Below, in pieces: positions 1 through 14,250 of a stretch of DNA of 64,000 nt; positions within the stretch are counted from its first letter, which is position 1, and the number at the start of each line of letters is the position of its first letter. Under the pieces are notes generated by a model. The model saw nothing but the letters and a program-made list of their open reading frames with translations, was not told the DNA's origin and searched no databases. The DNA lies in assembly GCA_951406725.2 (NCBI GenBank), contig OX597819.1, positions 96,534,001 to 96,598,000 of the forward strand. The letters are read 5' to 3'. The DNA comes from Octopus vulgaris (taxonomy: Eukaryota). Position numbers and translations under genes: made by a program.

Positions 1-332
1 TCTATTTGCCTGTCTAAATGTCTTTCTGAGCTATGCTTAAATTACTTTTATACATTAATGGCGGAGGCCAATCCACCTCTGCAACCTCTCTGCTGATCTA
101 CTTTTCCATTTTGTCGACGTCTCAACACTGATTGGTCAAACTAAGTTGACGTCACGAATCCGTTAAATGACAGAAACAATCAGGAAATTTGGCAAAGAGG
201 ACAACGGCTTATGTCATTTATTGATCTCAAGCTTGTCTTTCACTTGTATCGATTACCAATGTGAAAGACATTGCTTTTCATTGTTCTATTTTTTTCTCTC
301 GCAAATACTCTACCATCTGATAACGGCGCTGT

Positions 333-400
<68 letters not shown>

Positions 401-624
401 TAATTATTAGTGGATTGGTAGGGAGGGGCGTTCGAGAAAATACCTTTCGGCATTTGTTTCGGTCTACTTTGTGAGTTTAAATCCTACAGAGATCAACTTT
501 GCTTTTTATTCTTTTGTGGTCAATAAAATAACGTGTTTGTTTAAGAATGATGAACAAAACGCCAATGTTTCCAAAGATGGATTATTAAGACCCCCCCCCC
601 CCCCCAAAGAATTCCTCTCAACAC

Positions 625-862
625 ATGACTATGGTTCTCCATGACTACACCTGCTCGTGATCAGAGATGCTCATATAGTCAGCCACTAAAGAACATGCTC
701 AACTGGTTACGGTCAAGCAGTTAACAAACAAGTCTGCGGTATTGAGCACAATATTTGCTGCAGCCCATCTTTTATACCAAGACAAAACAATGTACATAAT
801 AACACTTCCAATCAGTTAAGATCAGGAGCCATGAGAATCATTGCCTAGTACTGCTTCAGGTC

Positions 863-900
<38 letters not shown>
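625..900 (+). mobile_element. probable 3' end of a non-LTR retroelement ending in (TTA)n
   Basis: About 240 bp of complex sequence running directly into a (TTA)n tail; family not assigned. Confidence 0.4.
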
Positions 901-902
<2 letters not shown>

Positions 903-1030
903 GTTATCATCATCATCATCATCATCATCGTTGTTGCTGTTGTTGTTGTTACATTAACGGTAGTATATTGGCAGAATTGGTAGAGTACTGAGACGAAGTT
1001 TTTATTTCAACAGATAAATATTCTAATAGA

Positions 1031-1494
<464 letters not shown>

Positions 1495-2127
1495 CTGATA
1501 ACAACACAGTGATAGCAGCAACTGGGAGAATCTGTTAAAAACCTTAGAATTTAAATATATTTCTAATTTACCAAGATTTGGAAGTCAGATGTTATAAAGA
1601 AGAACATAATCTCAATCGTCACTATTAGACATGTTAGAAGATATTGACTAAGAACGTTATATACATTTATTACACACGCGCACCCCTCCAGACACACGCA
1701 CACAAACGCGCGTGCGCTTACACACATTCATTCTTAGGGCAATGACCAGAGAAGATTATAGGCGAATGATCAAACGCTTTATTGTATTGATTTTTCATGA
1801 GCATGAAAATACCCGCATACAAATAGACGCGTGACTAACAAAACCTCATACACACACAAACACACACTGACTAACTCATACACGTAGGAGTATAAAGGAA
1901 ATAAAAGATATTGATAAGATTTATTTATACACTTAACCAGTTTCACATATGTGTGACTTTCAATAGATCTGAGGGATGTAGAACAGTATCGCAAACTTTA
2001 TTGTTTTCTGTATATGTGTGTGCGTGTGAATATGAATATATATACATACATACATACATACATACATACATACATACATACATACATTCATACATACATA
2101 TAAATACACACACTCATATATTGTATG

Positions 2128-2189
<62 letters not shown>

Positions 2190-2211
2190 ATATATTTATA
2201 AAAGTATATAA

Positions 2212-2612
2212 TATTCTTTTATTCTTTTATTTGTTTCAGCCATTTGACTGCGACAATGCTGGAGCACCGCCTTTAGTCGAACAAATTAACTCCAGGACTT
2301 ATTCTTTGTAAGCCTAGTACTTATTCTATCGGTATTTTTTGTTGAACCGCTAGGTTACGGAGATGTGAACACACCGGTTGTCAAGCGATGGTGGGGGGAC
2401 ATACACACGCACACAAACATACATACACACGCGCGCGCGTACACACACACATACGACGGGCTTCTTTCAGTTTCCGTCTACCAAATCCACTCACAATGCT
2501 TTGGTCAACCCGAGGCTATAGTAGAAGACACTTGCCCAAGGTGTCACGCAGTGGGACTGAACCGGAACCATGTGGTTGGTAAGCAAGCTACTTACAACAC
2601 AGCTACTCTTCC
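2212..2612 (-). mobile_element. SINE family A
   Basis: Reverse complement of the family A consensus over its full length. Confidence 0.9.
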
Positions 2613-2779
2613 TAGTCCTATTTCAGCGCCTCAATGTGGTGCAGTGGTGTTCCTGGCCGTTCGGTGGCTATGGTTGTTGAGTATACGTACGTATACCCTG
2701 GAGGTTCAGCCTCACCACAAAGGCACTGAGCTATGATGATGGACTGCTTTCGCTAAAACGGACGTAAAATTTATTTAGT

Positions 2780-3140
2780 AAAGGTTGAAGATCAGGTAAA
2801 CTGAAGAGGTGTATGGCCTTCCCGCCTAACCAGCGGGGTGGCGTCATTAACTGGCTAAAACTGCATTAGGAAATGTCTTCTCCGCACCATTGGCATCTCT
2901 CTGATGAACCTGGATAGCACCCAGTGCAAGAGACCGAAACGAGATCGACTACATCCTGGTCGATATATGGCAAGACGTCTCAGTGGGATCGCTGTTTGAC
3001 ACAGAAAAGGACCATGTTCAACCAACGAAGTACATGCGGTCCGAAGACGTTACACCCGGTTAAGTTGTGGTTGGAGGTGGAATAGATGAAATGCTGTGGC
3101 CTGCTGATTCAAAGCGACATCCGGCATTCTCGCTGGTCAA
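2780..3140 (+). pseudogene. RTE-like LINE fragment (AP endonuclease C-terminal motifs)
   Basis: About 2910-3020 reads TWIAPSARDRNEIDYILVD..QDVSV..FDTEKDH, matching the TW/IDYIL/SDH motifs of APE domains. Confidence 0.7.
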
Positions 3141-3181
3141 AGTAATATATATATACATACATACACACACACACACGCACA

Positions 3182-3214
<33 letters not shown>

Positions 3215-3544
3215 ACACACAGAACTTTATTATCCAAAATAGAATTCCATAATAAGAAACTCCACAAGATTCAATACACAGATACGGTACACATGAAATG
3301 AATTATTAAAGTTATTTTAAATGCGGCGTTGATGATTTTATGAGTTACAAAATTATTGCCATGATACTTTGCTGTCAACTGCATAAAAGAAGTAACAACG
3401 CAGCACTAACATCATTTTCCAAGGAAAATGAGACTGAGGAGTCATTGACACGTTAATGGACTGAATAAAGTTGTCTCTAATCAAACATAAAGAACTAATT
3501 AGGAAATGTGAGAAAAATCATTAATAAAAATTATATAACTAATA

Positions 3545-3906
3545 GGCGCAGGAGTGGCTGTGTGGTAAGTAGCTTGCTAATCAACCACATGGTTCCGGGT
3601 TCAGTCCCACTGCGTGGCATCTTGGGCAAGTGTCTTCTGCTATAGCCTCGGGCCGACCAATGCCTTGTGAGTGGATTTGGTAGACGGAAACTGAAAGAAG
3701 CCCGGCGTATATATGTATATATATATGTGTGTGTATGTGTTTGTGTCTGTGTTTTTCCCCCTAGCATTGCTTGACAACCGATGCTGGTGTGTTTACGTCC
3801 CCGTCACTTAGCGGTTCGGCAAAAGAGACCGATAGAATAAGTACTGGCGGTGCTCCAGCATGGCCGCAGTCAAATGACTGAAACAAGTAAAAGAGTAAAA
3901 AAGAGT
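3545..3906 (+). mobile_element. SINE family A with small internal deletion
   Basis: Intact head GGCGCAGGAGTGGCTGTGTGGTAAG...GGTTCAGTCCC; lacks the segment between GTACTG and GCGGTGCTCC. Confidence 0.93.
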
Positions 3907-3972
3907 AACTAGAATACAGCTGTTGCCTCGATATGTATATGCTGGAAGTCATATCCTAACCGAGTAAGACCA

Positions 3973-4109
3973 ATTTCTTTACTACCCACAAGGGGCTAAA
4001 CACAGAGGAAACAAACAAGGACAGACAAACGGATTAAGTCAATTATATCGACCCCAGTGCGTAACTGGTACTTATTTAATCGACCCCGAAACGATGAAAG
4101 GCAAAGTCA
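3973..4109 (-). mobile_element. SINE family B, 3' portion
   Basis: Matches the reverse complement of the unit at 43360-43505; ends abruptly at 4109 against a PLE-like segment. Confidence 0.88.
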
Positions 4110-4162
4110 TTTCCGATGAAGGGATATTATTAATAAATATCACGGAAACAGCTGTAAGACCT
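4110..4162 (+). ncRNA. degenerate hammerhead ribozyme motif (PLE pLTR-like)
   Basis: CCGATGA-(gggatatt..aatatc)-GAAACAGCTGTA: palindromic stem III and GUA site, but U4C in the core and stem I lost. Confidence 0.5.
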
Positions 4163-4367
4163 TCTATCTATAAATGCTCTAATATCTACACAGCCTTGGT
4201 TATTTTTATCTTATTACGCAAATAATTCTTATATACACACGCTGACATAGAACCAACGTTGAACCCCTTATTCGCAATATTGCCGAATTTGGAACTTAAC
4301 TAGTGTCTGTCTATAGCACTTATTCAGCATTACTTGACACTTTTGGATCTCAATGACACCATTATCT

Positions 4368-4404
<37 letters not shown>

Positions 4405-4446
4405 TAGCTGAAATACCCGGCATACATATACACACACACACAAACG

Positions 4447-4480
<34 letters not shown>

Positions 4481-4994
4481 GAACGATTTATTCGTGATCA
4501 GAGGTACTACTGTATATATGTGTGTGTGCCTGTGCGTGTGTGTTTGTGTGTGAGTGAGCGTGTGTGTAGAGAGAGAAAGAGAGACACACCTTTCCTTTTG
4601 TAACTCTTTCATAAGTCTTATGTTTTCACTTTGACCATAAAATACTCTTACAACTTCTCAGACATCTTAAGTATGATCCTCATTGACCCATGTCACATTA
4701 TGTTTAGGATTAAGTTGATATCTATTCTTACAGAGAAGACAAGACACATATTTCAAACTACGGAACAAAGGCGCCGAATATCATAATAGGAAATAATAGA
4801 GTCGTATAGAAATGCAACACATAAACGCTAAAACTATTGTACTGCTTTGATGGACAACGCCTTGTCTTTAATTTGGTCTACTTTCTCCTACACACACACA
4901 CACACACACTCACGCTCGCACTCACGCATACACCACAATGTTTGTCTCTGTCTGTATGTATGTACGTATGTCTCTCCCTCATGTTATATATGTA

Positions 4995-5064
<70 letters not shown>

Positions 5065-5130
5065 GGTCCCGGGTTGATTCGGGGTTAACCACAGTAAGTA
5101 AGGTACTCAATACATAGCAGAGTAAAATTA

Positions 5131-5267
5131 ATTTATTATATAGAAGGAGCTTCTACAGGACTAGTACTGTTTCATTCAAGAGAAATTCAAGAGAAATCTT
5201 CAGGAAATCTTCCTGAAGATTTCTCTGAATGAAACAGTACTAGTCCTGTAGAAGCTCCTTCTATATA

Positions 5268-5273
<6 letters not shown>
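5131..5273. repeat. 143-bp near-perfect palindrome (inverted PLE pLTR)
   Basis: About 64-bp arms around a 3-nt loop (ATC); the left arm carries a roughly 12-nt internal duplication. Confidence 0.93.
5209..5254 (+). ncRNA. type I hammerhead ribozyme
   Basis: cttc-CTGAAGA-tttctctgaat-GAAA-cag-tactagtc-ctg-TA-gaag; stem I cttc/gaag, GUA site. Mirror copy on the minus strand at 5150-5207. Confidence 0.75.
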
Positions 5274-5284
<11 letters not shown>

Positions 5285-5298
<14 letters not shown>

Positions 5299-5364
5299 CA
5301 CTTACATATATGTATATATTTATGTATGTATATGTATGTATAAATGCATGCATGTATATGGGTG

Positions 5365-5402
<38 letters not shown>

Positions 5403-5560
5403 TACATACATATATGTATATATTTATGTATGTATATGTATGTATAAATGCATGCATGTATATGGGTGTATATATATATATATATACACATACATATATG
5501 TATATATTTATGTATGTACATGTATGTATAAATGCATGCATGTACGTGTGTGTATATATT
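5285..5560. repeat. higher-order tandem repeat (3 x about 100 bp) built from TA/TATG microsatellite
   Basis: TATATTTATGTATGTA..ATAAATGCATGCATGTA recurs three times. Confidence 0.85.
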
Positions 5561-5868
5561 TATATATATGCACACACACACACACACGCATACCTACATA
5601 TATACATACATACATACATACATATAAACAAATGTATGTGCGCGCGCGTGAATTACAAGGTCAGAAACAAGCTAATGCGCATTCTTAAAGTCTGCCTGAA
5701 GCTGTTATCGTCCAATAGATCCCCATTCATCAAATTTATGTAGGGTGTAGCCCCCACAATGTCTAAACTGTTAGCTTCCTATATCGCCTTCTCAGTTCCT
5801 CCACTTCCCGCTGCTTTTGTATGAAGGTTACCAACGTAATAATTATGTCACCAAGCGGTGAGAGAGAA

Positions 5869-5936
<68 letters not shown>

Positions 5937-6704
5937 TTTGCATTACCCTCTCACAGTTTTTGAACTCTCCCTAGATCACACCACTGCGATTTAATTCCTT
6001 CCCTCCGACACCAACCCACCCTTTCAGTCTATGTCAAACAAACCGGCGGAAAACTCAAAATGCAGGATTTATTGTGTGAAATTCTAGAAGACATGTTTGG
6101 TTTCGGCTTTTTTTTAATTTTTTTGTCATTTTCTTTCTTTCTTTATTCATTTTTCTTCCATTTTGTTTTCGTTTTTGCTTTGCAATTAAATGAAAAGACT
6201 AAAAACGAAAACAAAACAAACAAAACTAGGAAAAATATATTAAAAATATCACTTTTCCATCTCCCCCACCCTGCTCCAACCGTGAATGTCTGCAATAGAG
6301 AGAATCTGGTAGAGGAAAGCAGGCGATGGTACAAAGTGTAAAAGTACACAAGAATAACAGAAGAAGAAATAATTGAGTATCAGCTAACTTTGCCGCTTCA
6401 TTCATTATTCAGCGAAATACCTACAGCACATATGTTTCTCCTTAGCGTAGGAAATTTCTGTAGTGAAAATATAGGGCATCCATATAGACCCTGAGCAGAG
6501 GGAAAATAGTTTATATCTGCAGACATAAAAGAACAATCTCATCAATGAATTAGAGAGATGTCGATATTAAGCATCTTTGTAAATTTGTACTTTTTTCTAA
6601 ATGCTACGTGCTTTCTTTGTAGTGTAAAGAATCCAAATGAATCATGCATTTTGTAAAGAATTTTGATAGAAATATTGTCGAGTAAGAAAATGTTTCTGAA
6701 ATAT

Positions 6705-6919
6705 CTTTTATTTTATTTTACTCGTTTCAGTCATTGGACTACGACCATGTTGGTAGAAAGCTTTGAAGGGTGTAATGGAACAAATCGACACTTGTATTTT
6801 TAAGCCTGGCACTTATCGGTCTCTTTTGCTGAACCATTAAGTTATAGAGAACATAAACAACCCACCACCGGTTGTCAAGCAGTGATGGGGACAAACACAA
6901 AAACACACACACATATACG

Positions 6920-6981
<62 letters not shown>

Positions 6982-7145
6982 CTACAGGCTTCAACACTGT
7001 TAACGTCAACCAAATTCACTCACAAGCCATGCGTAAGCCCGAAGTTATAGTATTAGACTTTTGCCCATGGTGTTGCGCAGTGAGATTGAACCTGAGACCA
7101 CATTGTGTAAGGTGAATTCCTTAACCACACAACCATGCCTGCGCC
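6705..7145 (-). mobile_element. SINE family A (diverged)
   Basis: Full-length similarity, ending CCACACAACCATGCCTGCGCC. Confidence 0.85.
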
Positions 7146-7344
7146 TATGTAAAATGACCAAGTTTACTTTTAGGTCATTGATTGCTAAATGATTTTTAAT
7201 GCTTTTAACAAAATAAAATGTAGTATATAGTGAAAGTTAATAGTCTGTCATCAGGGACAGCAAAAGACAAAAGTACTGACAGAAAATAGAAATTAATTGC
7301 AAAACAATAACAATTTTGATAAAGCTAATGGTAGAGTGCTTTGA

Positions 7345-8583
7345 ATAATGGCTTCAAATTTTGGCTCAAAGCCAACAACTTTAATGGAGGGCTTAAGTCG
7401 ATGACATTGATGCAGTGTTCAACCGGCATTTATTTCATCCACATAGAAAGGATAAAAGGCGAAGCCGACCTCGGCGGAATTTGAACCCAGAACATAAAGA
7501 GCCGGAAGAAATGCTGCTAAGTTTTTATCTGACTCGCTAACGGTTCTACCTGCTCGCCACCTTAGAGTGTTCAGAAAAGTTTCTACTATAGACACAAGGC
7601 CTGAAATTTGTTGGGTGAGGACTGGTCGAATACACCGACACAGTGCTTCACTAGTACTTAATTTATCGGCCCCGGAAGGATAATAGGCAATGTAGACCTC
7701 TGCGGAATTTGAACTCAGAACGTAGCGAAATACCACTAAGCATTCCGTCTAGCGTGCTAACGATTCTCCTAGTTCGCCGCCTAGATGGTTTAGAATAATG
7801 CCATAGCTCTTACAGTCAGTAGACTGACTCGATATTGGGATCCTTTGATCGTTAGTAAAGCGTCGCGAGAGATTTCATTATTCACAGTGATTCGTCTATT
7901 GAAGATCAAGTATGAGTGGGAGTGACAATAATAATTCTATAATTATTTTGACTTTGCTTCTTCAGCCGGCGAGTTCGCAGACGCTCCAGCATATCGGAAG
8001 AACATTTTTGCGGCATTACTTTTGTCGCTTTACGTCCTGAGTTCAAATTCGGCCGAAGTCAACTTTGTTTTTCATTTTTACGGGCTGGATAAAATATGTA
8101 CCAGTTGAGCAGTTGGGTTGATGTATTGACCTAATCCCACCCGTTAAAACTGTTGTCCTTGAGCCAAAGCTGAAACACCTATTTTACCTTTATTATATAA
8201 AACCTTGGTTATTGTCTTTCTTCCTCTCAATATTCTTGTCTGACTGGATGCTAGACTTGCAATAAAAGGCAACCAAATCTTCTTCAAATCATACCTTACT
8301 GGCATACAACATGATGCAAAATAATATGCTTCTACGCAAATTCGTAGAGGACAGGATGGGCACGACTGGAATGCTTTTGATAATACATAAGGTCAACCAC
8401 AACTGATATGAGAATGAACAACTGTTTCCTTAGTTTAATTAAAAGTTCAAATTCCGCTGAGTTTGACTTTGCCTTTCATCCTTTCTGGGTCAATAAGATA
8501 AATAACAGTTGAGGACTGGAGTCGATGTATTAAATTTATCCTCTTAACCCGAAATTGCTGGCCTTGCACAAAAAATTTGAAAC

Positions 8584-8652
<69 letters not shown>

Positions 8653-8850
8653 GATGGTGAGCTGGTGGAATCGTTAGCATGCTGGATGAAATGCTTAGCA
8701 GTATTTCGCTCGTCGCTACGTTCTGAGTTCAAATTCCGTCGAGGTCGATAAATTCCGTCGATAAATTAAGTACTAGTGAAACACTGGGGTCGATGTAATC
8801 GACTAGTCCTCTCCCTACACATCTGTAGTCTTGTGCCTCAAATAGAAAGG
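7345..8850. mobile_element. cluster of five diverged SINE family B copies (7345-7562 -, 7580-7782 -, 7965-8175 +, 8445-8585 +, 8653-8850 +)
   Basis: Recurrent GAGTTCAAATTCCGCCGAGGTCGACTTTGCCTTTCATCC or its reverse complement. Confidence 0.85.
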
Positions 8851-9699
8851 ATTATTATTATTGTTATCATTATTGTTATTGGCAGCAGCAACACCTTGTG
8901 CTTTACTAGTCATTGGTCTGTTGGTGTAGTTGTAGGAGTATTAGTAGTAGCTGCTTCAGTAAAAGTTATAGTAGGGTTGACACTAATTGTCTCCCTTCCT
9001 CTGCCACGCGTATTTAGAAGTTGTTGGTATTTCTAGTATTAACCGGTCACTCTGTCAGTACCAGCAAAAGTTTTTTTCATCATCTCATTTGAGAAAACTT
9101 TTCTCCCGGACCACAAAGTTGTACTATGTAATGTTAGTTTTCAACATACCGAATAAAAACCGACCGCAATCACGCCAGCAGGGCCCTTTTTGCTATATGA
9201 AACACGACAAAGCGATTTGGGGAGCAACTAAACACGATCTATCACATGTTGACTGATCATCCACTCGCACTGACTGTTACAGGAACGTAGCTTAACAGGA
9301 ATTTTGACAATCTAGCCATCACCGTATGCTCATAGCACCTTCCCCCATAAGTCCCTAAACGATTGTAGACACTGGTTTTCATGAGAGAAAAAGCATCATC
9401 AGAAAAGACAAAAAAGATCCAGCAGAAAAATTAACCAAAATACCAGCAGCAGCAGCAGCAGCAGAATCCACAATAAGAATACGTGTGTCGAAAAATATCT
9501 GCAGAAAATGTGAGACCTTACATCAACAAAGGGCTAGTGGGTAGGGCAGGGCTATTAGGGAAATAAAACACATTTCTCGATGAACATAGAACTGCTGGCT
9601 TGTCAATTGATCCACTGATTGGTGGTTGCAGAACCCTTCAAAATGTAGCTAAAGATATGATGGAAAATGTACAAGATTCTACAGAAGTTGACTTCTGCA

Positions 9700-10930
9700 A
9701 TATCAATGATGTCAACTTCAAATATATTATCTACGACCTGAATGCAACAACCCAGTCATCATAGCAGCTTTAATGAAGTAAAATATTGCTGTAGGCCCTG
9801 ATATATTCCCCACTAATGACGTGAATTAATACCGACACCGAATTGCATCACCTCTAACTAATCTCCAGAGTAAGTCACTGACCAACGGTAAGATTTCCTA
9901 TCGCACTCTGTCATCCCAGTTTTCAAAAAGGAAAATAAATCACTTGCAGTGAACTCCCAACAAATCTCACTAACCCTTGACATGATTAAAGTATTTGAAA
10001 AAATCTAGAATAGCTAACTTCCTGATGAACAAAACTAGTATGGCTTTCGATGTGACAAAGATTACTTAGCACAGCTTGTACATTACTCTGTGGACCACAT
10101 ACAAAAAGATTTAAGGAAAGGCACAAACGCAATTCTTATAAATCTTGTCTTTGGCAAGGCCTTCGATAAAGTCGATTGCATCATTCTGCTGTTAAAACTA
10201 TCTCTTGCTAAAGTTTACAGAAAACTGCTGTACAAGATTAAGCATTTTCTGGTTTAGCAGAACCTAACATGTGATCAACCGAATCTACTCAAGCCAAGCA
10301 AAAGTTACTCGTGGTGTCCCACCACAGTATCACTATATTTATAACTATATATTGTAGAATATATCAGTAAGAGGTCCATTCTTCTTTGTAATTTACATAA
10401 ATGATGTTACAACTGTCATCGAACGAAGTAAAATCAGAAAATATATGTAGTTGTCTCTAAGTTTCAGAAAGTTATCAATCCAATAAAACTCCAATCTGAA
10501 CTACGTGGTATAAGCTAATGAGGGACAATAAAAACTTCTATTAGTAAGTGAGGAAAAATTTGTCCTCATGCATTTTAGAAAAGTGGATGTGCTAAATTAT
10601 ATTCTCTTTCTTCGGTAAAATTACTGACATCTCACATTAACAGAAACTCGTAATTGTTGACAGCAACTTCAGATTGAACCGCTGTTGATGTGGCTTGCAG
10701 GTTGAGCTCCTGGACTCTAATATCCTTCCGGTCTAGAGGGTCATTGTCCTTTGTACAGCCACAGCTCAAATTGTACAGTCACAGCTCGAATTTTACACTC
10801 ACAGCTAGAATAATGTTGACCTCTTTTGATCTTCCTATGCTAAACAAAACATGAGAATCAAGATACTCCAGATGGCAAATATAGGAAATGTAAGATTTCC
10901 ATATTATTTGGCGTTGGCTGAGGAAGCCTG
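9700..10930 (+). pseudogene. decayed CR1/L2-clade LINE reverse transcriptase
   Basis: Frameshifted motifs GPD, VIPVFKKGNKS, ISLT..IKVFEKI, FGKAFDKVD..ILLLKL, GVP, GP..F.IYIND. Confidence 0.8.
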
Positions 10931-10968
10931 CTGCTACACAGCAACATGAAACCGTTGGTATTAACTTC

Positions 10969-11021
<53 letters not shown>

Positions 11022-11270
11022 TGTGTGTGTGTGTGTGTGTATACATATGTACACACAGAAACATTTATATATGATATATGCATATATATGTGTGTGTATA
11101 TACATGTATATATACACCAATATATACACATTATACACACACACACACATATATATATATATGCATACAACTACACACACGCGCATATATACCAATATAT
11201 ACGCACACATACATGACTAAATTAATTTACTGCTTTAAAATTATCGTCGTAGAACCACTGCTACTACTAC

Positions 11271-11331
<61 letters not shown>

Positions 11332-11851
11332 CAGCAGCTGCTGCTGCTACTGCTGCTGCTGCTGGTGTTGTTGTTTAGACCAGACCATCACTGATTCGAT
11401 AGAACTATATACAACATCGGTTACATGACTCAATGTTCGTGTACAACCTTATAGCTCTATACCACTCCAGGTAATTGTGGTCCGCACCCTACATCTCTAT
11501 GCGAGATGTAATCAGCTACTCTGTAGACTTTAGTTCTGCAGTCTGGCTGTTTTCTGCTGTCAAATCTATGCAGCACTCTCGTCGTTTGACCCCAGCCCAG
11601 ACCTGACTGAGCAGATTTCTGATCGAAATCATTTCAACCGTGACCATCCTGTCTTTTTGAAGTGTATGTAGTAATACACTCTGTGTCTTGTCATTATGTA
11701 AGACGGAAGGAAGTCAGCTTAGAAAGACTTAACTGTTGTTTCTAGCGGGTTAAGTCATTACATATAACAATCATAGGCAAACTGCAGCTTGCGGGACATT
11801 CTAAATGGCACGCCCAGCGAAAATTTAGCTTAGATATTTCTAGAAGTACGG

Positions 11852-12063
11852 AGGCGGCGAGCTGGCAGAAACGTTAGCACGCCGGGCGAAATGCGTAGCC
11901 GTATTTCGTCTGCCGTTACGTTCTGGGTTCAAATTCCGCCGAGGTCGACTTTGCCTTTCATCCTTTCGGGGTCGATAAATTAAGTCGATGTAATCGACTT
12001 AATCTATTTGTCTGTCCTTGTTTGTCCCCTCTGTGTGTAGCCCCTTGTGGGTAGTAAAGAAAT
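11852..12063 (+). mobile_element. SINE family B, young, with 18-bp TSD
   Basis: Flanked by identical ATATTTCTAGAAGTACGG at 11834-11851 and 12064-12081; A-box-like TGGCAGAAACG, B-box GGTTCAAATTCC. Confidence 0.95.
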
Positions 12064-12764
12064 ATATTTCTAGAAGTACGGCCTTCCTGATGATGAGTCA
12101 TCTCTCATGCGGCTCGTTTCTCGAAAAAGTTTGCACAAGCCTGACATAGAAGCCCTTTCTTGGTTCTTCCTGTTCGTCTGTAGGTTTTGGTGGACGTGGA
12201 CACGGTAGAAATGGTTACAGTACAAAACTGTTCTTCTCGTTATTATTGTTGTCCTCTGTGTTGTTGCTATTGTTGTTGCTAAGTTACTGCTGCTGTTGTG
12301 GCTGTTGTTCGTTTCGTTGTTGCTATTGCTAAAATCGTTATAGTTATATTTACGATTGTTACAGTTTTATTTATCACTGTTGTTGTTGTCGTTGGTGTTG
12401 GTGTTGGTGGTGGAGGTACTGTTTTCTTTATTGTCAATGTTCTGCTGCTGTCCTTGCTGCTGGTGCTACCTCATTAATTATTAATCAGTACGTCTTTCCC
12501 AACCGATACACTGTTCCATATCCTCTATCGACATTTGAATCTCCGATAAATTTATGGAAATTATTAAAATAATTAATTAACTTCTAAACGTTTGTTTAAT
12601 TGCTTACAACCCATTACGTGTCACGTGTCTAATTAACTAAATTAATCGACTCTGTGCGTTATCATTCTCATCGCCCGATCATCATCGTCGTCGTCGTCGT
12701 CATCATCATCATCATCACCACCAATTCCTGCTCCTCCTCCTCCTCCTCCTTCACCTCTTCCACC

Positions 12765-12796
<32 letters not shown>

Positions 12797-12871
12797 CAAC
12801 ATCATCATCATCATCATCATCACATTTTATAATCATCCTTGAACATCATCGCCATTACCACAATAGCCAAT

Positions 12872-12921
<50 letters not shown>

Positions 12922-12924
12922 CAT

Positions 12925-14250
12925 ACTTGTTGTCAAGGCCCACCAGGAAAAGCTTATTAATCGAAATATCAGTCTTCATAGACGATAATTTATCTCCCAA
13001 TGAAATGGACAAGTTATCCAAATACATAGATCTGGAAATAGAGATAACCAGAATATAGGGAGTGAAAACAAAACAAAAAAAATATTAATTAATATGATGT
13101 TAGATAATGAAACAGATATAGGAGAGCTGGACCAAACACAAACTCACAAATAATGAAGAATCAGCAAACCAAACATATTAAAAATACAAATAAAAATTTT
13201 GAAAGGAATTTTATGTAGCTACACATTAAATTAATACCTAAAACAGAGCTAAATGCTAAAAGTAAGGTGATAATTACTAAAACTTTCGCTGGTTTAATAA
13301 TAAGTTATAGTTATTCTCAACTGGACGCTAAATTAATAAGAAAAACGAGACTGAAAAATAAGAAAGATAATCTTTATCTTTTACTTGTTTCAGTCATTGG
13401 ACTACGGCCATATTGGGGTACCATCTTAAAAAGTATAGTCAAACAAATTGATCGTAGTAATTTTCTTAAAGTCTAGTATTTATTTTATCGTTCTCTTTTG
13501 TCAGATCGCGAAGTTTCAGGAATGTAAACAAGACAACATCGGTTGTCAAGCTATGGGGAATGGGGAACAAACACAAACACAGACACACGTTTACATATAC
13601 GAACGCACGCACACACACATGCACACATACACACACGAACACACACACACACGCGCACGCAAGTTCGACGGGCTTCCTCATAGTTTCCGTCTGCCAAATT
13701 TACTTACAGCGCATTGATCAGCCCAAGGTTATAATGGAAGACACTTGCTCAAGGTGTCGCACACTGAAATGAAACCTGAAACCTTGTGGCTGCAAAGCGA
13801 GCTTCTTAATCACAAAGCCATGCTTGTGTCAGTATTTAGAATACATAATTCAAAACCTGACATAGAAAGACAGAGGGAAGAAGGCGCTCTTTGCAAAAAG
13901 AAAATTATTATAAAATATCCACTGTAGACCACATATATACCGAGTAAAGTATAACAGAAAATTAATATAAAAAGCTATAAAACATTAACTATTCCTAGAA
14001 CTGATTTTTGTTTCGAATGAAACCAAAATATACAATGCAGAAAAGACAGATGCAAGGAGAAGGGGAAAGAAGAAACACGAACATGGAGTGACAAAGGTAA
14101 TATCTAAGCTAAAAGAGAGATTAAAACATATCCCGAAAAAGTAGGAGCAAGAAAGGTCCCTACATGACCAATATCGGAAACATGATTGAAATAGACAAAG
14201 AAAACTTATTATATTGATTGAGAAGTGTAGTATTAAGAAGCAAGCGGTAT
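12925..14250 (+). pseudogene. fragments of R4/Dong-type (RLE) non-LTR retrotransposon, interrupted by a SINE
   Basis: LLIEISVFIDDNLS..EMDKLSKYIDLEIEITRI*GVKT (RLE region), KTELNAKSKV and KPDIER..EEG motifs. Confidence 0.7.
13372..13830 (-). mobile_element. SINE family A (diverged)
   Basis: Full-length similarity to family A. Confidence 0.85.

Noticed and set aside
2901-2950. CTGATGA...CGAAAC possible hammerhead
   Set aside because: Overlaps RTE endonuclease coding motifs and the helices do not form.
5725-5755. Weak resemblance to the reverse complement of miR-10 family sequence
   Set aside because: Seed and body do not match and there is no precursor hairpin.
12085-12135. CTGATGA...GAAA possible hammerhead
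   Set aside because: No stem II adjacent to GAAA, and no stem III/UH or stem I partner.
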